A DNA stretch of 55,735 bases from a virus (taxonomy: Duplodnaviria; Caudoviricetes), in IMG/VR virus record IMGVR_UViG_3300028790_000007, positions 1 through 55,735 of that record. The stretch is one strand, 5' to 3'. A model generated the notes under the pieces. It saw only the letters and a list, made by a program, of their open reading frames with translations, made no database searches and was not told the origin of the DNA. This document shows positions 17,999 to 27,720 of this stretch, piece by piece (position 1 is the stretch's first letter; the number at the start of each line of letters is the position of its first letter). A program made the translations under genes and the position numbers.

Positions 17999-19183
17999 TC
18001 AGAGGGCGGCGGCCAGCTCCCAGGCGCGGGTCTTGGCCCGGTCCAGCTCGCCGGTCATGATCCGCTCGTAGCGGCGGGTGGAGGGGCTGTCCCCACCGCG
18101 GACGGTACCGAAGAAGTCCATGTGCTCGATGACGGCCTGCACTCCGGCGTAGGCGGTGCCCCGACCGAACTCGCAGGTCTGCGAGGCGAGGATGGCCAGC
18201 AGCTCCTCGTCGCGGGCCTTGGCGAGGGTCAGGGACCGCTTGCTCAGGTCCTCGTCGTCGGTGGACACGCCCCACAGCTCGCGGGCGAACACCACGAACC
18301 CGTCCTTGGTCATGGGCTTCGCCAGCAGCTCCTCGGACTCCTCGCGGAGCACCTCCTCGTACTGCTTGGTGAGGCCGAGGATGCGGCGGGCCTCGTCCAG
18401 CTTGAACTTGGCCTCGCCGACGTGGCGGATGGAGAAGCGGGGGGTGGCGCGGCGACCGAAGGTGGCGTTGGTCTGGTTGGTGCAGCCGAGGCGGATCGGC
18501 GCCATCAGCCCGTAAGTGCCGGTGCCGTCGTGGGAGGTGACGAGGGTGACGAAGGAGCGGTAGGGGTCTCCGGCGATGTCGAAGCCGTCGCCCAGCTCCC
18601 AGGCGCCGTACACCTTGGCCCGGTTGTCCCAGGCGCCGAGGGCGACCAGCTTGCCCTCGGACAGGCTGTCGCCGACCTCCAGGGCGGCCTCCGTCTGGAT
18701 GATGGTGTAGCGGGGGGAGCAGGGGGCGATCCCGAAGGGGGTGCCGCCGTCGTTGGGGTAGCCGACGGTGGCGACCCAGCGGGGGCGCATCGGCACCTGC
18801 GCGCCGGAGGGCTGCCGCTCCATCGTGAGGGAGCCGTTGTCACCGACCACGGCCACATCCTCGGACACGTTGATGGCGAGGCTGTCGAGGCGCACCTCGA
18901 AGTCGAGGCCGGTCTGACGGAGGGCGTCGGCGACGTTGAGGCCGCGGGTGTCCTCGATGTAGACGCCTCCGGTGCGCTCGGCGAGGCCGAGGAACGCGGG
19001 CACGCGGCCCTGGGTGGGGGCGGCGGAGCCGAGGTCGGCGCCGAAGAAGCCGAGGGTGCCGGTGCCGCCGTCGCGGCCCTTGGCGCCGTTGCCGTCGAAG
19101 GTGATGGCCTCACCGGAGTCGACGCGGGCGGCGTCGGCGAAGGGGGTGGCGTCGATGGGGCGGTAGCTGGAGTGGTTGGACAC
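17999..19183 (-). CDS. DUF932/DUF945-family protein
   Basis: GLDFEV, Y.IIQ, TSHDGTG...PIRLGCTN motifs; follows promoter cassette 4. Confidence 0.8.
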   Translation of the reverse strand: MSNHSSYRPIDATPFADAARVDSGEAITFDGNGAKGRDGGTGTLGFFGADLGSAAPTQGRVPAFLGLAERTGGVYIEDTRGLNVADALRQTGLDFEVRLDSLAINVSEDVAVVGDNGSLTMERQPSGAQVPMRPRWVATVGYPNDGGTPFGIAPCSPRYTIIQTEAALEVGDSLSEGKLVALGAWDNRAKVYGAWELGDGFDIAGDPYRSFVTLVTSHDGTGTYGLMAPIRLGCTNQTNATFGRRATPRFSIRHVGEAKFKLDEARRILGLTKQYEEVLREESEELLAKPMTKDGFVVFARELWGVSTDDEDLSKRSLTLAKARDEELLAILASQTCEFGRGTAYAGVQAVIEHMDFFGTVRGGDSPSTRRYERIMTGELDRAKTRAWELAAAL

Positions 19184-19224
19184 GGGGTGCGCTCCTGTCT
19201 TGGCGTGGTGACCGGCCGTCCGGC

Positions 19225-19265
19225 CTGTCCCCCCTATTATGCACACATAACGTGCGGCGCGTCTA
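19225..19265 (-). promoter_or_regulatory. Repeated promoter cassette copy 4
   Basis: TAGACG-N18-CATAAT-AGGGGGGACAG. Confidence 0.8.
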
Positions 19266-19538
19266 CCCCGGACGGGATAGACGCGCCGAGTTTCTGTCAG
19301 GGGTGTGACAGCCGGACCGGCCTCCACGGGGGGGGGCGGCGGGGACGCACCACCGACGGCGGCAGCGGCGGAGCCCTCAGCGGCCCTGTGGGCTCCTCGG
19401 CGGGGGACACCCACAGGAACCCGGCACAGCGCCAGGACACGCCCTCCGCGGGGTGCTCGGGGTAGGGGACGCCGCAGCCCGGCCGGGCGCAAAGCACCGG
19501 CCGGGCTGCAAGCGAGGGCCCCACCTGGGGCTGGCGGG

Positions 19539-20000
19539 TCATGCAGTCGCCGCACCGTACGCCGCAAGGGCGCAATCGATAATCTTGCCCGCCTCGTCCG
19601 GGGAGAAGCCGGTGGTGAGGGACGGCTGCGGCAGGGTCAGCGACGCCACGACGGCCTCGCGGGTGGGGATGTCGGCGCCGGGCGGCACCGAGGCCGGGTT
19701 GGTCAGCAGGTCCGCGATCCGGCGACCCACCTGGGTCAGGGCCTCCCCCTGCTCCGGGGTGTAGTCGACGCCGGGCCCGAACAGGTCCGCGAGGAACGCC
19801 GCGTCCGCCTCGTCGGCGGCCTCGGAGGGGCGCATGGCCTCAGTGTGCGGGGCGGCAACGGCGAGGGCGAGAGCGGGCTGCTCGTGGTGCCGGGTGGGCT
19901 GCACGGCCCCGGCAGAGGCGGGGAGGAGGACGGCGGCGAGGGCGATGAGGGCGACGAGGACGGCGAGGAGGAGGACGACGGTGGTGAGGTGGCGACGCAT
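19539..20000 (-). CDS. Secreted/membrane protein, DUF732-like
   Basis: Signal peptide ending ASA-GA; D.AFLA.L..GRRI...L..A..II..A..AY pattern. Confidence 0.5.
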   Translation of the reverse strand: MRRHLTTVVLLLAVLVALIALAAVLLPASAGAVQPTRHHEQPALALAVAAPHTEAMRPSEAADEADAAFLADLFGPGVDYTPEQGEALTQVGRRIADLLTNPASVPPGADIPTREAVVASLTLPQPSLTTGFSPDEAGKIIDCALAAYGAATA

Positions 20001-20076
20001 GGGGTGCTCCCTTGGCGTGTCCGCGAGGTGCGGAACATGGTGGCGTGGAAGGTGTGACGGGTGATGCGGGTGGGGC

Positions 20077-20112
20077 GAACTGCCGCCCCCGCGTGACCGG
20101 GGGCGGCAGTTC
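20077..20112 (-). terminator. Stem-loop terminator
   Basis: gaactgccgcccc / ggggcggcagttc. Confidence 0.65.
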
Positions 20113-20126
20113 GTGACTGTCCGGGG

Positions 20127-20741
20127 TCAGGCCCACAGCTCCGGGTTGGTGAGGGTGACCGTGGCGGGGGTGAGCGCGTAGCTGGCGGTCAGCTCCTCGC
20201 AGTCGGGCCCGCACTCCGGGCCGCGCTCAATGTGCTGCACGCAGCCGTAGGCGGGCTCCTCGGCGGGCTCCGGCAGCTCCTCGGTGAGGAGGGCGCCGTA
20301 CTCGTCTCCGGTGGCGAACCCGGCGGCGTGGGCCTCCTCCTCCCAGGCGGCGTCGGCGGCGAGGCGGACGGCGAGGACCGGGGCGGAGGCCAGCAGCTCG
20401 CCGTAGCGGGCGTCGGCGACCTCGGCGCGGGCTGCTTCCAGGGCGGCGGCGCGGGCGGTCTCCTGCTCGGCGATGGCGGCCTCACGGGCGGTCTCGTCAG
20501 TGACGTTGATGACGATCTTGCCGTTGCGGGCGCGGCCCCAGGTGGTGGTCATGCCGTCCAGGGCGCAGATGGCGTCGGAGGCGGCGCGGCCCAGCACGCT
20601 GTCCGTGGTGCCGTTGGCGTCCATGAGAACCACACGGAAGGAGTAGGGGCCCTGGCTGGTGGTGACCCAGCGGGCGGCGGTGACGCGCTTGGCGGTGGCG
20701 GTGATGGTGCGGGCGGTGCGGGTGGCGGTGAGGCTGCTCAT
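20127..20741 (-). CDS. Hypothetical protein
   Basis: Follows promoter cassette 5 and an AGGAG RBS. Confidence 0.6.
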   Translation of the reverse strand: MSSLTATRTARTITATAKRVTAARWVTTSQGPYSFRVVLMDANGTTDSVLGRAASDAICALDGMTTTWGRARNGKIVINVTDETAREAAIAEQETARAAALEAARAEVADARYGELLASAPVLAVRLAADAAWEEEAHAAGFATGDEYGALLTEELPEPAEEPAYGCVQHIERGPECGPDCEELTASYALTPATVTLTNPELWA

Positions 20742-20769
20742 GGCGGGCTCCTGGGGGTGGCGTGGCGTG

Positions 20770-20811
20770 CTGTCCCCCTTATTATGCACACACCTAACGG
20801 GGGTTTGTCTA
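20770..20811 (-). promoter_or_regulatory. Repeated promoter cassette copy 5
   Basis: TAGACA-N19-CATAAT-AAGGGGGACAG. Confidence 0.85.
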
Positions 20812-20851
20812 GCACCCGTCTGGCGCGGCGCGGCGTGTCCTCCGAAAGGGG

Positions 20852-21292
20852 TCAGCAGGTGCGGCGGGCCCGCACGCGGGACGCCACCAGGCTGTCCGGT
20901 CTGTACCGCTTCCCGGCGGGGGACAGCATGTAGCCGTCCGACAGCTCCACCCACTTCTCGGGGGCGTGCGTGTGGGGGTGGTTGCGGCGGCGCTTCTTCT
21001 CCAGCTCATCCAGCACCGGCTCCGCGGGGTGGGTGGTTCCGGCGGCGTAGGCCTCTGCCGGTATCTCCTCCTCCGTCTCCGCGAGGTCGTACAGGACACC
21101 GCGCCAGCGGGCGTACATGGCGCATGCCACCTCCGCGTAGGCGGCCTCGATGGCGCGGGCGAGGTCGGAGGGGCGGCGGGCGCAATACGCCCAGCCGGGC
21201 GTGAACGGGGTGCGCAGGACCAGACCACCCTCGGGGGCGCGGGTGACGATCAGCCGCAGCTCCTCCGGCTCATGCGGTCGCTGCGCTGTCAC
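20852..21292 (-). CDS. Hypothetical protein coupled to TerL
   Basis: GTGA overlap with the terminase stop. Confidence 0.55.
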   Translation of the reverse strand: MTAQRPHEPEELRLIVTRAPEGGLVLRTPFTPGWAYCARRPSDLARAIEAAYAEVACAMYARWRGVLYDLAETEEEIPAEAYAAGTTHPAEPVLDELEKKRRRNHPHTHAPEKWVELSDGYMLSPAGKRYRPDSLVASRVRARRTC

Positions 21293-23160
21293 CGGCGGTC
21301 ACCCACACCGGGGAGGGTAGTGGCGGCGCTGGTGGTTGTCCTGGCGCGGCGGACAGCCAGCAGGTGCGTCACCAGCCACACGTAGGCGTCCATGCGGCCG
21401 GGGGAGGCGGCGCCTTCCTGCCATTGGGTCAGCTCCTGCTCCAGTTCGGCGAGCACACCGATGTGGGAGACCTTGCCGGTTTCGACGGCGACGGCGATGG
21501 GGGTGGCGCGGGCCCGTTTGCCGACGGAGGCGTGGACGGCGACGAGCCGCGCCGGGGGTGTCTCCAGTACGCCACCGGACAGTAGGCCGGAGGTGATGCG
21601 GTCGTACACCTCTCCCAGCTCGCGGAGGTCGTCGGGGGACACCTCCACTTCCAGGATGGACAGCCGCTGTTCGGCGGCGGCCCAGATGCGGGCGGCGTGC
21701 CGCAGCGCGTCGTCGCGGACCTCCGGCCGGTCGAGGTCGAGGGGTTCGGGGGCGCGGCCGGTGAACGGGTCAGCGTCCTCATCGGGGCGGAGGAGGGTGA
21801 GGAGGGTGCGCCACTGGCGGACGATCCGCGCCCAGGCGTCCTGCAACTGGGAGCGCATCAACGGCCCGGCCAGGTTGGCCTCCCAGACAAGGTCGTCGGC
21901 GGCGAGGTCGAGGACCATCAGCCAGGCGCGGCGGGCCCACTGCGCGGCGGACATGGCGCCGGAGCGGTCGGTGGTGATGTAGGCGCGGCCGTCGGTGCCG
22001 CGGTAGCCGCCGATCAGCCCGGCCTCGTCGTCGCCCCCGGCGGATGTGTCGACGGCGACAGCGGTCCGGCTACGGGTGGTCTCCCAGTCGGCGGGGCGGC
22101 GGCTGCGGCTGATGTGCTCGTAGGCGAACACGGCGCCCGTCGGTGGGGTGGGGTGCTGCTGGTAGAGGGAGCCCCACACCATCTCGCCGACGGCGGCGCG
22201 CTGCGCGGCCCACTGCTCGGGGGTGCGGCCGCGGGCGGACACAAGGTAGGTGCCCGGGTCGCGGTTGAGGGAGTCAGGTAGCCAGGTGCGGTCGTCCTCG
22301 CGGCGGCGTTCGGCTTGGGCGGGCACGTTGACGTACCGCCAGGTGCGGGCCTCCTCCGGCAGGTTCAGCTCGTTGCCGACGATGTACCCGGCGAGGTCGT
22401 CCGGGTGCCAGCGGGTCTGCACGACGATCAGCAGGGACGCGGACGGCAGTCGGGTGAGGGCCACATTCTGGTACCAGTCCACGACGGCCTTGCGGTGCTT
22501 GGGGCTGTCCGCGGCCTCCCGGTTCTTGTACGGGTCATCGATGACGAGCACGTCGAGGGGGCGGCCCGTCAGCCCACCCTTCATGCCGACCGCGTAGACG
22601 CCTCCGGCGTGCCCGGCGAGGCCGAACCGGGACTTGGAGGTGGAGTCCCAGCGCAAGGTGATGCCCAGCAGGTCGTCGTCCAGGGAGCGGGGGTTGAGGG
22701 GGGTGCCGGAGCCGTGCTCGGCGATCCAGTTGCGGATGGGGGAGGAGAACTCGGCGGCGATCTCCGATTCGAAGGAGGCGATACCGACACGCCAGTTGGG
22801 GTTGCGCAGCAGCAGCCACAGCACCCCGGCCATGGTGACGCGGCGGGACTTGCCCTCCTGGGGGGGCATGAACACGCCGAGGCGGACAGCCTCCCCGGCC
22901 TCTAGGCGGGTTGCGGCCTGCACCAGTTCGGTGTCGAGGAGCCGCAGGGCGGGGGTTTCGACAGTGACCAAAGGGTCGAGGCGGTGGGCGAGGGCGCCGG
23001 GCGACGGGTAGCGCATGCGGCGCTGCCGGTGGGCGACCTCGCGGGCGACCCGTTCGGCGACGGCGACACGCTCATGCGGGGGGAGGTCGCGGGTGGCGTC
23101 CTCCAGTGCGGCGCGGAGCTGCGCTCGGGACAGCCCGGCGAGGCGGGCGGGGATGGTCAC
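21289..23160 (-). CDS. terL: Terminase large subunit
   Basis: MPPQEGKS (Walker A), IIDDP-like VIDDPYK (Walker B), QTRWHPDDL, SLYQQ.P, nuclease motifs VAVD and P.RMDA. Confidence 0.92.
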   Translation of the reverse strand: MTIPARLAGLSRAQLRAALEDATRDLPPHERVAVAERVAREVAHRQRRMRYPSPGALAHRLDPLVTVETPALRLLDTELVQAATRLEAGEAVRLGVFMPPQEGKSRRVTMAGVLWLLLRNPNWRVGIASFESEIAAEFSSPIRNWIAEHGSGTPLNPRSLDDDLLGITLRWDSTSKSRFGLAGHAGGVYAVGMKGGLTGRPLDVLVIDDPYKNREAADSPKHRKAVVDWYQNVALTRLPSASLLIVVQTRWHPDDLAGYIVGNELNLPEEARTWRYVNVPAQAERRREDDRTWLPDSLNRDPGTYLVSARGRTPEQWAAQRAAVGEMVWGSLYQQHPTPPTGAVFAYEHISRSRRPADWETTRSRTAVAVDTSAGGDDEAGLIGGYRGTDGRAYITTDRSGAMSAAQWARRAWLMVLDLAADDLVWEANLAGPLMRSQLQDAWARIVRQWRTLLTLLRPDEDADPFTGRAPEPLDLDRPEVRDDALRHAARIWAAAEQRLSILEVEVSPDDLRELGEVYDRITSGLLSGGVLETPPARLVAVHASVGKRARATPIAVAVETGKVSHIGVLAELEQELTQWQEGAASPGRMDAYVWLVTHLLAVRRARTTTSAATTLPGVGDRR

Positions 23161-24053
23161 CGGGGGCCGCGGACGCGGGCGCGGCGCGGGTCGTCGGGGG
23201 CGAGCATGGCGACCTCGCGGCGGGTGTAGGTGCGGGTGGCGAGCCAGCAGCCGATGCAGGGCGACGGGACAGGCACCCAGTGGCCGCAGCCGCCGGGACA
23301 CGGGTACTGCTCCAGGGCGGTCTGGTGGCGGGGGAGGCCGGTCATGCGTTTCGGCCGAGGGCGATGCAGCCCGCGACGGCGACGATCACCACGATCCAGC
23401 CGAGGGCGGGGTGGGCGGAGTCGAACACGGCGAACCGGTAGCCCAGCCACATGGCGGGGGGAATGCAGCAGAGGGCCAGCCACCACGTCACGGGGTCACT
23501 GTACGGGGGGCAAGCTGGCTCCGTTGTTGGCGGTGCGGCGGTGGTGGTCGTGGTCGTCTAGGACCAGGGCCTGACTGTCGGGCCCGCTGAACCAGCCCTC
23601 CCATTTGCCGCAGCGGCACCACACCAGGTATCCGGCGGCGGTGGTGCGGCCGTGGAGGGTGTGCATGGTGTCGTCCTCCTCGTCCATTACCGCCACCAGC
23701 GGAGGGAGTGGAGGACGGCGACGGCGGCGCCGACCGCACCGAGGAGGACCCCCACGCAGGTGTCGGTGCCGGGCGGTGGGGGTCTCAGAGGATGACGCCG
23801 TTTCGGGTGCGCGTTTCTAGGCCGAGCAGCCATGACTCCACCTCGGACAGGGCGACGATGCGAACGATGTGCCCGTCCACGACGGGCAGGTCAGCGGTGT
23901 CCAGCTCGCTCAGGTGGTTGTGGAGGGCGTGGATGACGTTGGCGGCGGCCTGGAAACCGCGGTCCAGCTCCTGATTGTCGGGGCGTCCCCGGCGGTCAGG
24001 CATGGCCGGGCTCCGGGCTCGGGGAGGGGGTGCCGGGCACAGGGCTCTCCTTC

Positions 24054-24602
24054 TCATGCGACTGCGGCGGTCAGCTCATCCTGCCCGAGGGGGTCGAGGG
24101 GGCGCCGGGTGGAGCGGGCGGCGGGCTCGATCAGGTCGAGGACGGCGACGGCGAGGGTGCAGATGAGGGTGGGGAGGACGACCCACAGGTTGGCGACGAT
24201 CAGGGCGGCCATCATCGGCAGGTCGGCGGCAATGCCGGGCCGTCGGGTGGCGGAGACGAGGGCGCCGAGGCGGACCCCCAGCCACATCATCCAGCGGCGG
24301 ATGACGCCCATGCCGAGGTCGCGGAGGTCCTGCCGGAAGGCGCGATCGGTGGTGCGGCTGTCTACCGGGGGGCGTCCGGCGTTGAGGGCGTCGCAGCGCA
24401 CGTCGTGGCGGACGGCGGCGGCCTCGTAGGGCCCGGCGGGGGGGATGAGCCAGTGGAGGGCGCGGGGGATGGAGGCGAGGTCGGTGCGGTAGCCGGACGG
24501 CACCGTGTCGCCGTCGGAGTGGGTGAGGGCGCCGACCAGCTTGTAGGTGCGGGCCTCTCCGAGGGGGCGGGTGAGGTGGGGGAGGGGGGCGAGGAAGGGC
24601 AT
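24054..24602 (-). CDS. DUF1353-family protein
   Basis: VP.G..TDLASIPR..W...P.G....AAV.HD; C-terminal TM helix. Confidence 0.8.
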   Translation of the reverse strand: MPFLAPLPHLTRPLGEARTYKLVGALTHSDGDTVPSGYRTDLASIPRALHWLIPPAGPYEAAAVRHDVRCDALNAGRPPVDSRTTDRAFRQDLRDLGMGVIRRWMMWLGVRLGALVSATRRPGIAADLPMMAALIVANLWVVLPTLICTLAVAVLDLIEPAARSTRRPLDPLGQDELTAAVA

Positions 24603-24657
24603 GGGGTGAGCTTGCGGTCCGCTCCGTTCGGAGCGGTTGAGGAGAGTTGCCCGTGTC

Positions 24658-25428
24658 TCAGCGATCCACTGGCAGCTTGTGCCTGTCGGCCTGCATGCCG
24701 GAGAAGGTGCGCCCGGCCTGGCGGCGCTGGTAGTGGGGGATGCGGTTGGCGACGATGCCGATGCGCAGCGAGGGGGCGAGGACGCACAGGGCGTCGTGGG
24801 CCTCCTGGTCGTAGTACCCGGCCTCCGCGAGAGCGGCCGCGGTGGGGAACACGTCGGCGTGCCGCATCGTCTCCCGGTCCACCCGGCCGTCCTGCCGTCC
24901 GCCGAGGGAGTAGACCCACAGGAAGTTGGGGGGCGCCTCCCGGCCGACCCGTTCCAGCAGGCCCACCTCCTTCGTGTACGCGTAGAACAGGGCGTGGGGG
25001 GTGACGGCGGCGATGGTGAGCCACGCCCGCAGGTAGCCCTCGGCGAAGAAGTCCCCGGAGTCGTGGATGCGGACGAGGGGGCTGCCGGTGTCGAGGAGCC
25101 GGGTCACCTCGGGGGTGAGGTGGGCGCGGTCGAGGTCGGGCAGGTGCGGGATGCCGGTGGCGCGGTAGCGGCGGCGCCGCAGCTCATGTCCCATGCGGGT
25201 GACGAACGCGGGGTGCATGGCCTGCCGGAGGTTGTCGAGGTGCGCGGCGCGGGAGGCGGGGAACAGGTAGGTGCCGTTGAGGGCGTAGCAGGCGGACGCG
25301 CACGCCCCGGCGGACGGGCAGACGTTGAGTTTGCGGCCGTCGGACAGTTCCACCACCCAGGCGGGCAGGGTCCAGTTCCAGACGCCGAGGTCGCGCAGCT
25401 CCGAGTTCTGGGTGAGGAGGAGGGTCAC
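24658..25428 (-). CDS. Gp88-family (radical-SAM-like Fe-S) protein
   Basis: LLTQNSEL, WTLPA, CPSAGACASACYA, RIHDSGDFF, FYAYTK. Confidence 0.8.
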   Translation of the reverse strand: MTLLLTQNSELRDLGVWNWTLPAWVVELSDGRKLNVCPSAGACASACYALNGTYLFPASRAAHLDNLRQAMHPAFVTRMGHELRRRRYRATGIPHLPDLDRAHLTPEVTRLLDTGSPLVRIHDSGDFFAEGYLRAWLTIAAVTPHALFYAYTKEVGLLERVGREAPPNFLWVYSLGGRQDGRVDRETMRHADVFPTAAALAEAGYYDQEAHDALCVLAPSLRIGIVANRIPHYQRRQAGRTFSGMQADRHKLPVDR

Positions 25429-25847
25429 GGCCGGGGCCAGGGCGGCTTGGGCGGGGCGCCCCGGCCGTTCCAGGGGGCGGCCCACAGGTCCGCGATCAGC
25501 TCCGTGGCCACGTCCACGGAGCCGCGCAGCGGGTCGTGGGCGATGACGCGGGCTAGCTGCCGGTCGCCGTACTTGTCGGGCTTGACGGTGGCGAGGACGA
25601 GGGGGGTGCCCGCGGGCCAGCGGCGGGTGGCTTCGGCTTGGGCCTCGGGGCCGCCGGGCTCGCCCTTGGTGAAGGGCGGGTTGGGGACCTCGCGGGCGGA
25701 GGAGCCGAGGACGCGCACCGACCAGGTGGAGTAGTCGCGGCGTCCGCGGTCCACCCGGCAGAGGACGGTGTCGGCGTCGTGCCACTCCAGTACCCAGGCG
25801 TTGAAGTAGAACGGTGCCGGGACCGGGGGGAGGGCTGTCACGCTCAC
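25425..25847 (-). CDS. Thermonuclease (SNase)-like protein
   Basis: HDADT (DGDT variant), VRVLG..A.E, DKYG.R.LA. Confidence 0.7.
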   Translation of the reverse strand: MSVTALPPVPAPFYFNAWVLEWHDADTVLCRVDRGRRDYSTWSVRVLGSSAREVPNPPFTKGEPGGPEAQAEATRRWPAGTPLVLATVKPDKYGDRQLARVIAHDPLRGSVDVATELIADLWAAPWNGRGAPPKPPWPRP

Positions 25848-26050
25848 GCGGCGAGGATCGCACGGAGGCAGGCGGGGCACAGGTGGGCGCCGTCCTCCTC
25901 GCGGACACGCCACCCCGCGGCGTTGACCTCGGCGGTCATCGCGTCGGCGTCGGCGAGGCGCAGCGACAGGAACGCGCGGCAGGATTCCAGGGCCATGAGT
26001 GGCCGGTCGGCGGGGGTGCCGTCGCAGCAGACGAGGATGCGCCACGTCAT
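25844..26050 (-). CDS. Small Zn-binding protein (CDG..C..GWR..CP)
   Basis: Apparent paralog of 29517-29720. Confidence 0.55.
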   Translation of the reverse strand: MTWRILVCCDGTPADRPLMALESCRAFLSLRLADADAMTAEVNAAGWRVREEDGAHLCPACLRAILAA

Positions 26051-26382
26051 GGGCGGTACTCGTTGAGCCAGGTGCCGATGAGCCAGCCGGTGACGGCTCC
26101 GGCGCCGAGGGTGCAGCCGACGACGGCGGCGAGGACGGCGAGGGCGGCGGGCAGGCTCACTGGAAGGGAAGCTCCTCGCCGGTCTCCTCCGCGGTCTCCT
26201 CGGTCTCCAGCTCCTCCTCCTCGTCGTCCCAGGTGGTGACGCGGAGGGACACGTCACGGGCGCCGTTGCGGACGAGGGTGGAGACAACGGCGGCGAGGGC
26301 ATTGGCGACGGTTTGGGCCTCGTCGGCGTCGCGGGCGGCGACGGTGAGGGTGACGTGGGTGTTGGTCACGGCGGGCTCCTTG

Positions 26383-26793
26383 TTACTGGCGGGTAGGTAG
26401 CTGCTCGATCTGGTGCCCGGCGAGCTGTTCGACGTGCTGCCACAGGAGGTGGCCGGGGGTGAAGTACTCGCGCTCGACTCGCAGGTGGGCGAACTGCCGG
26501 TGGCGGGTGGACTCCAGCCGCCGGTCGCCGGGCTCGGTGGCGAGGAGGTCGCAGCCGAGGGAGGACATGCGCTTGTGGACGCTGGCTGAGTAGCCGATCT
26601 TGACGAGTCCCCCGACGCGGGGGCGCTCCTCGGGGGTCCAGGCGTAGTAGACGACGGCAGTGGAAGGCGGTTGCGGCGGTACCAGGACAGCAGCCACGGC
26701 GGCGCGGTGTACGGGGCAGAGCCAGACACTAACGGCGACCTCCTCTCCGGGGGCGGTGCAGCCGTAGGCGACGCAGGGGCGGGTGTCTCGCAT
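26383..26793 (-). CDS. T5orf172/GIY-YIG-like endonuclease
   Basis: VVYY...VKIGYS...R...L..LLATEPG....E..RH.QF...R..REYF. Confidence 0.75.
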   Translation of the reverse strand: MRDTRPCVAYGCTAPGEEVAVSVWLCPVHRAAVAAVLVPPQPPSTAVVYYAWTPEERPRVGGLVKIGYSASVHKRMSSLGCDLLATEPGDRRLESTRHRQFAHLRVEREYFTPGHLLWQHVEQLAGHQIEQLPTRQ

Positions 26794-26994
26794 GGAGACA
26801 GCCTAGCGGGGGGTTGAGTCCCCATGATCATTCTTGCGACCTGCGGGTTTGTCGATAGATTGATCTTGGTCAGGTCCAGGGACAGCCCGCGCGTGGCCTG
26901 CTCTGTGAGCGCTTCGTAGGCGGCGGTGCCGGGCTGCACCGCGGTCGTGATCACGCCCGTCTCCGGAGTCCAGCCGGTGACGATGATGGCCGGG

Positions 26995-27720
26995 TCAGGC
27001 ATCGCCATCCTCATCGCCCCACTCGTCGTCACTGTCGAGGTCGAGGGAGGCCGGGTCATCGTCGGCCGCGAGGAGGGCGCCCTCCATCTGCTCGGTGTCG
27101 ATGCCGACGGCGCCGAGGACAGCATCCGTGGCGGCCTCGATGCGGCGCTCCGCCTCGTCCTGGCTGATTTGGACGCGGGTGGTGGCGGCCCAGGCCTGCG
27201 GGTTCTTGCGGACGAGGAAGTCGCGGGCGGCGCGCCAGTCGTCGGCGAACGCGGCCCGCCAGTGGGTGACGGCGGCGACCTCGGCGGAGGTCTGCGCTTG
27301 CGTGATGGCGGCCAAAAAGTCCAGGTAGGGGACCTCCGCGGGGTCGAGGGCCCACATGGCGGGCGGGTCGTCGGAGTGGCAGGACGGGCACGGGTCGAGG
27401 GTGGCGTAGGAGCGGGTCTCCCCCGGCCCTAGGGGGCGATCGTCGGCCTCCAGGTTGAGGCGGTGCACCTCCTGCACCTCCTCGGTGCGCTCGGTGTCGC
27501 AGGTGGGGCAGTAGAGCCCTCCGGGGTCGTGCCGGTCGCGGAGGGCGAGGGCGGCGCGGCCGCGTTGCAGCCACAGCTTGAGGGTGGACTCGCCGATGCC
27601 GCAGTACTGGGCGGCGGTGTTGAGGTAGTTCCCGGCCTTGACGACGCGGACGATGCGGTCTTGCAGTTCGGGGGTGAGGAGGGATCGGCGGCCCATGCGG
27701 GGTGGGGGCTCCTCGGTCAT
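26995..27720 (-). CDS. Terminase small subunit-like HTH protein with Zn-finger insertion
   Basis: GR.S.LTPE....I...V.AGNY...AA...GI..ST...WL.RG; DWRAA..FL.RK.P..W; inserted CPTC..CPSC. Confidence 0.65.
   Translation of the reverse strand: MTEEPPPRMGRRSLLTPELQDRIVRVVKAGNYLNTAAQYCGIGESTLKLWLQRGRAALALRDRHDPGGLYCPTCDTERTEEVQEVHRLNLEADDRPLGPGETRSYATLDPCPSCHSDDPPAMWALDPAEVPYLDFLAAITQAQTSAEVAAVTHWRAAFADDWRAARDFLVRKNPQAWAATTRVQISQDEAERRIEAATDAVLGAVGIDTEQMEGALLAADDDPASLDLDSDDEWGDEDGDA

Noticed and set aside
21560-21830. Intein in terminase
   Set aside because: No C/S start with HN-C/S/T end and no LAGLIDADG motifs; treated as a simple insertion.
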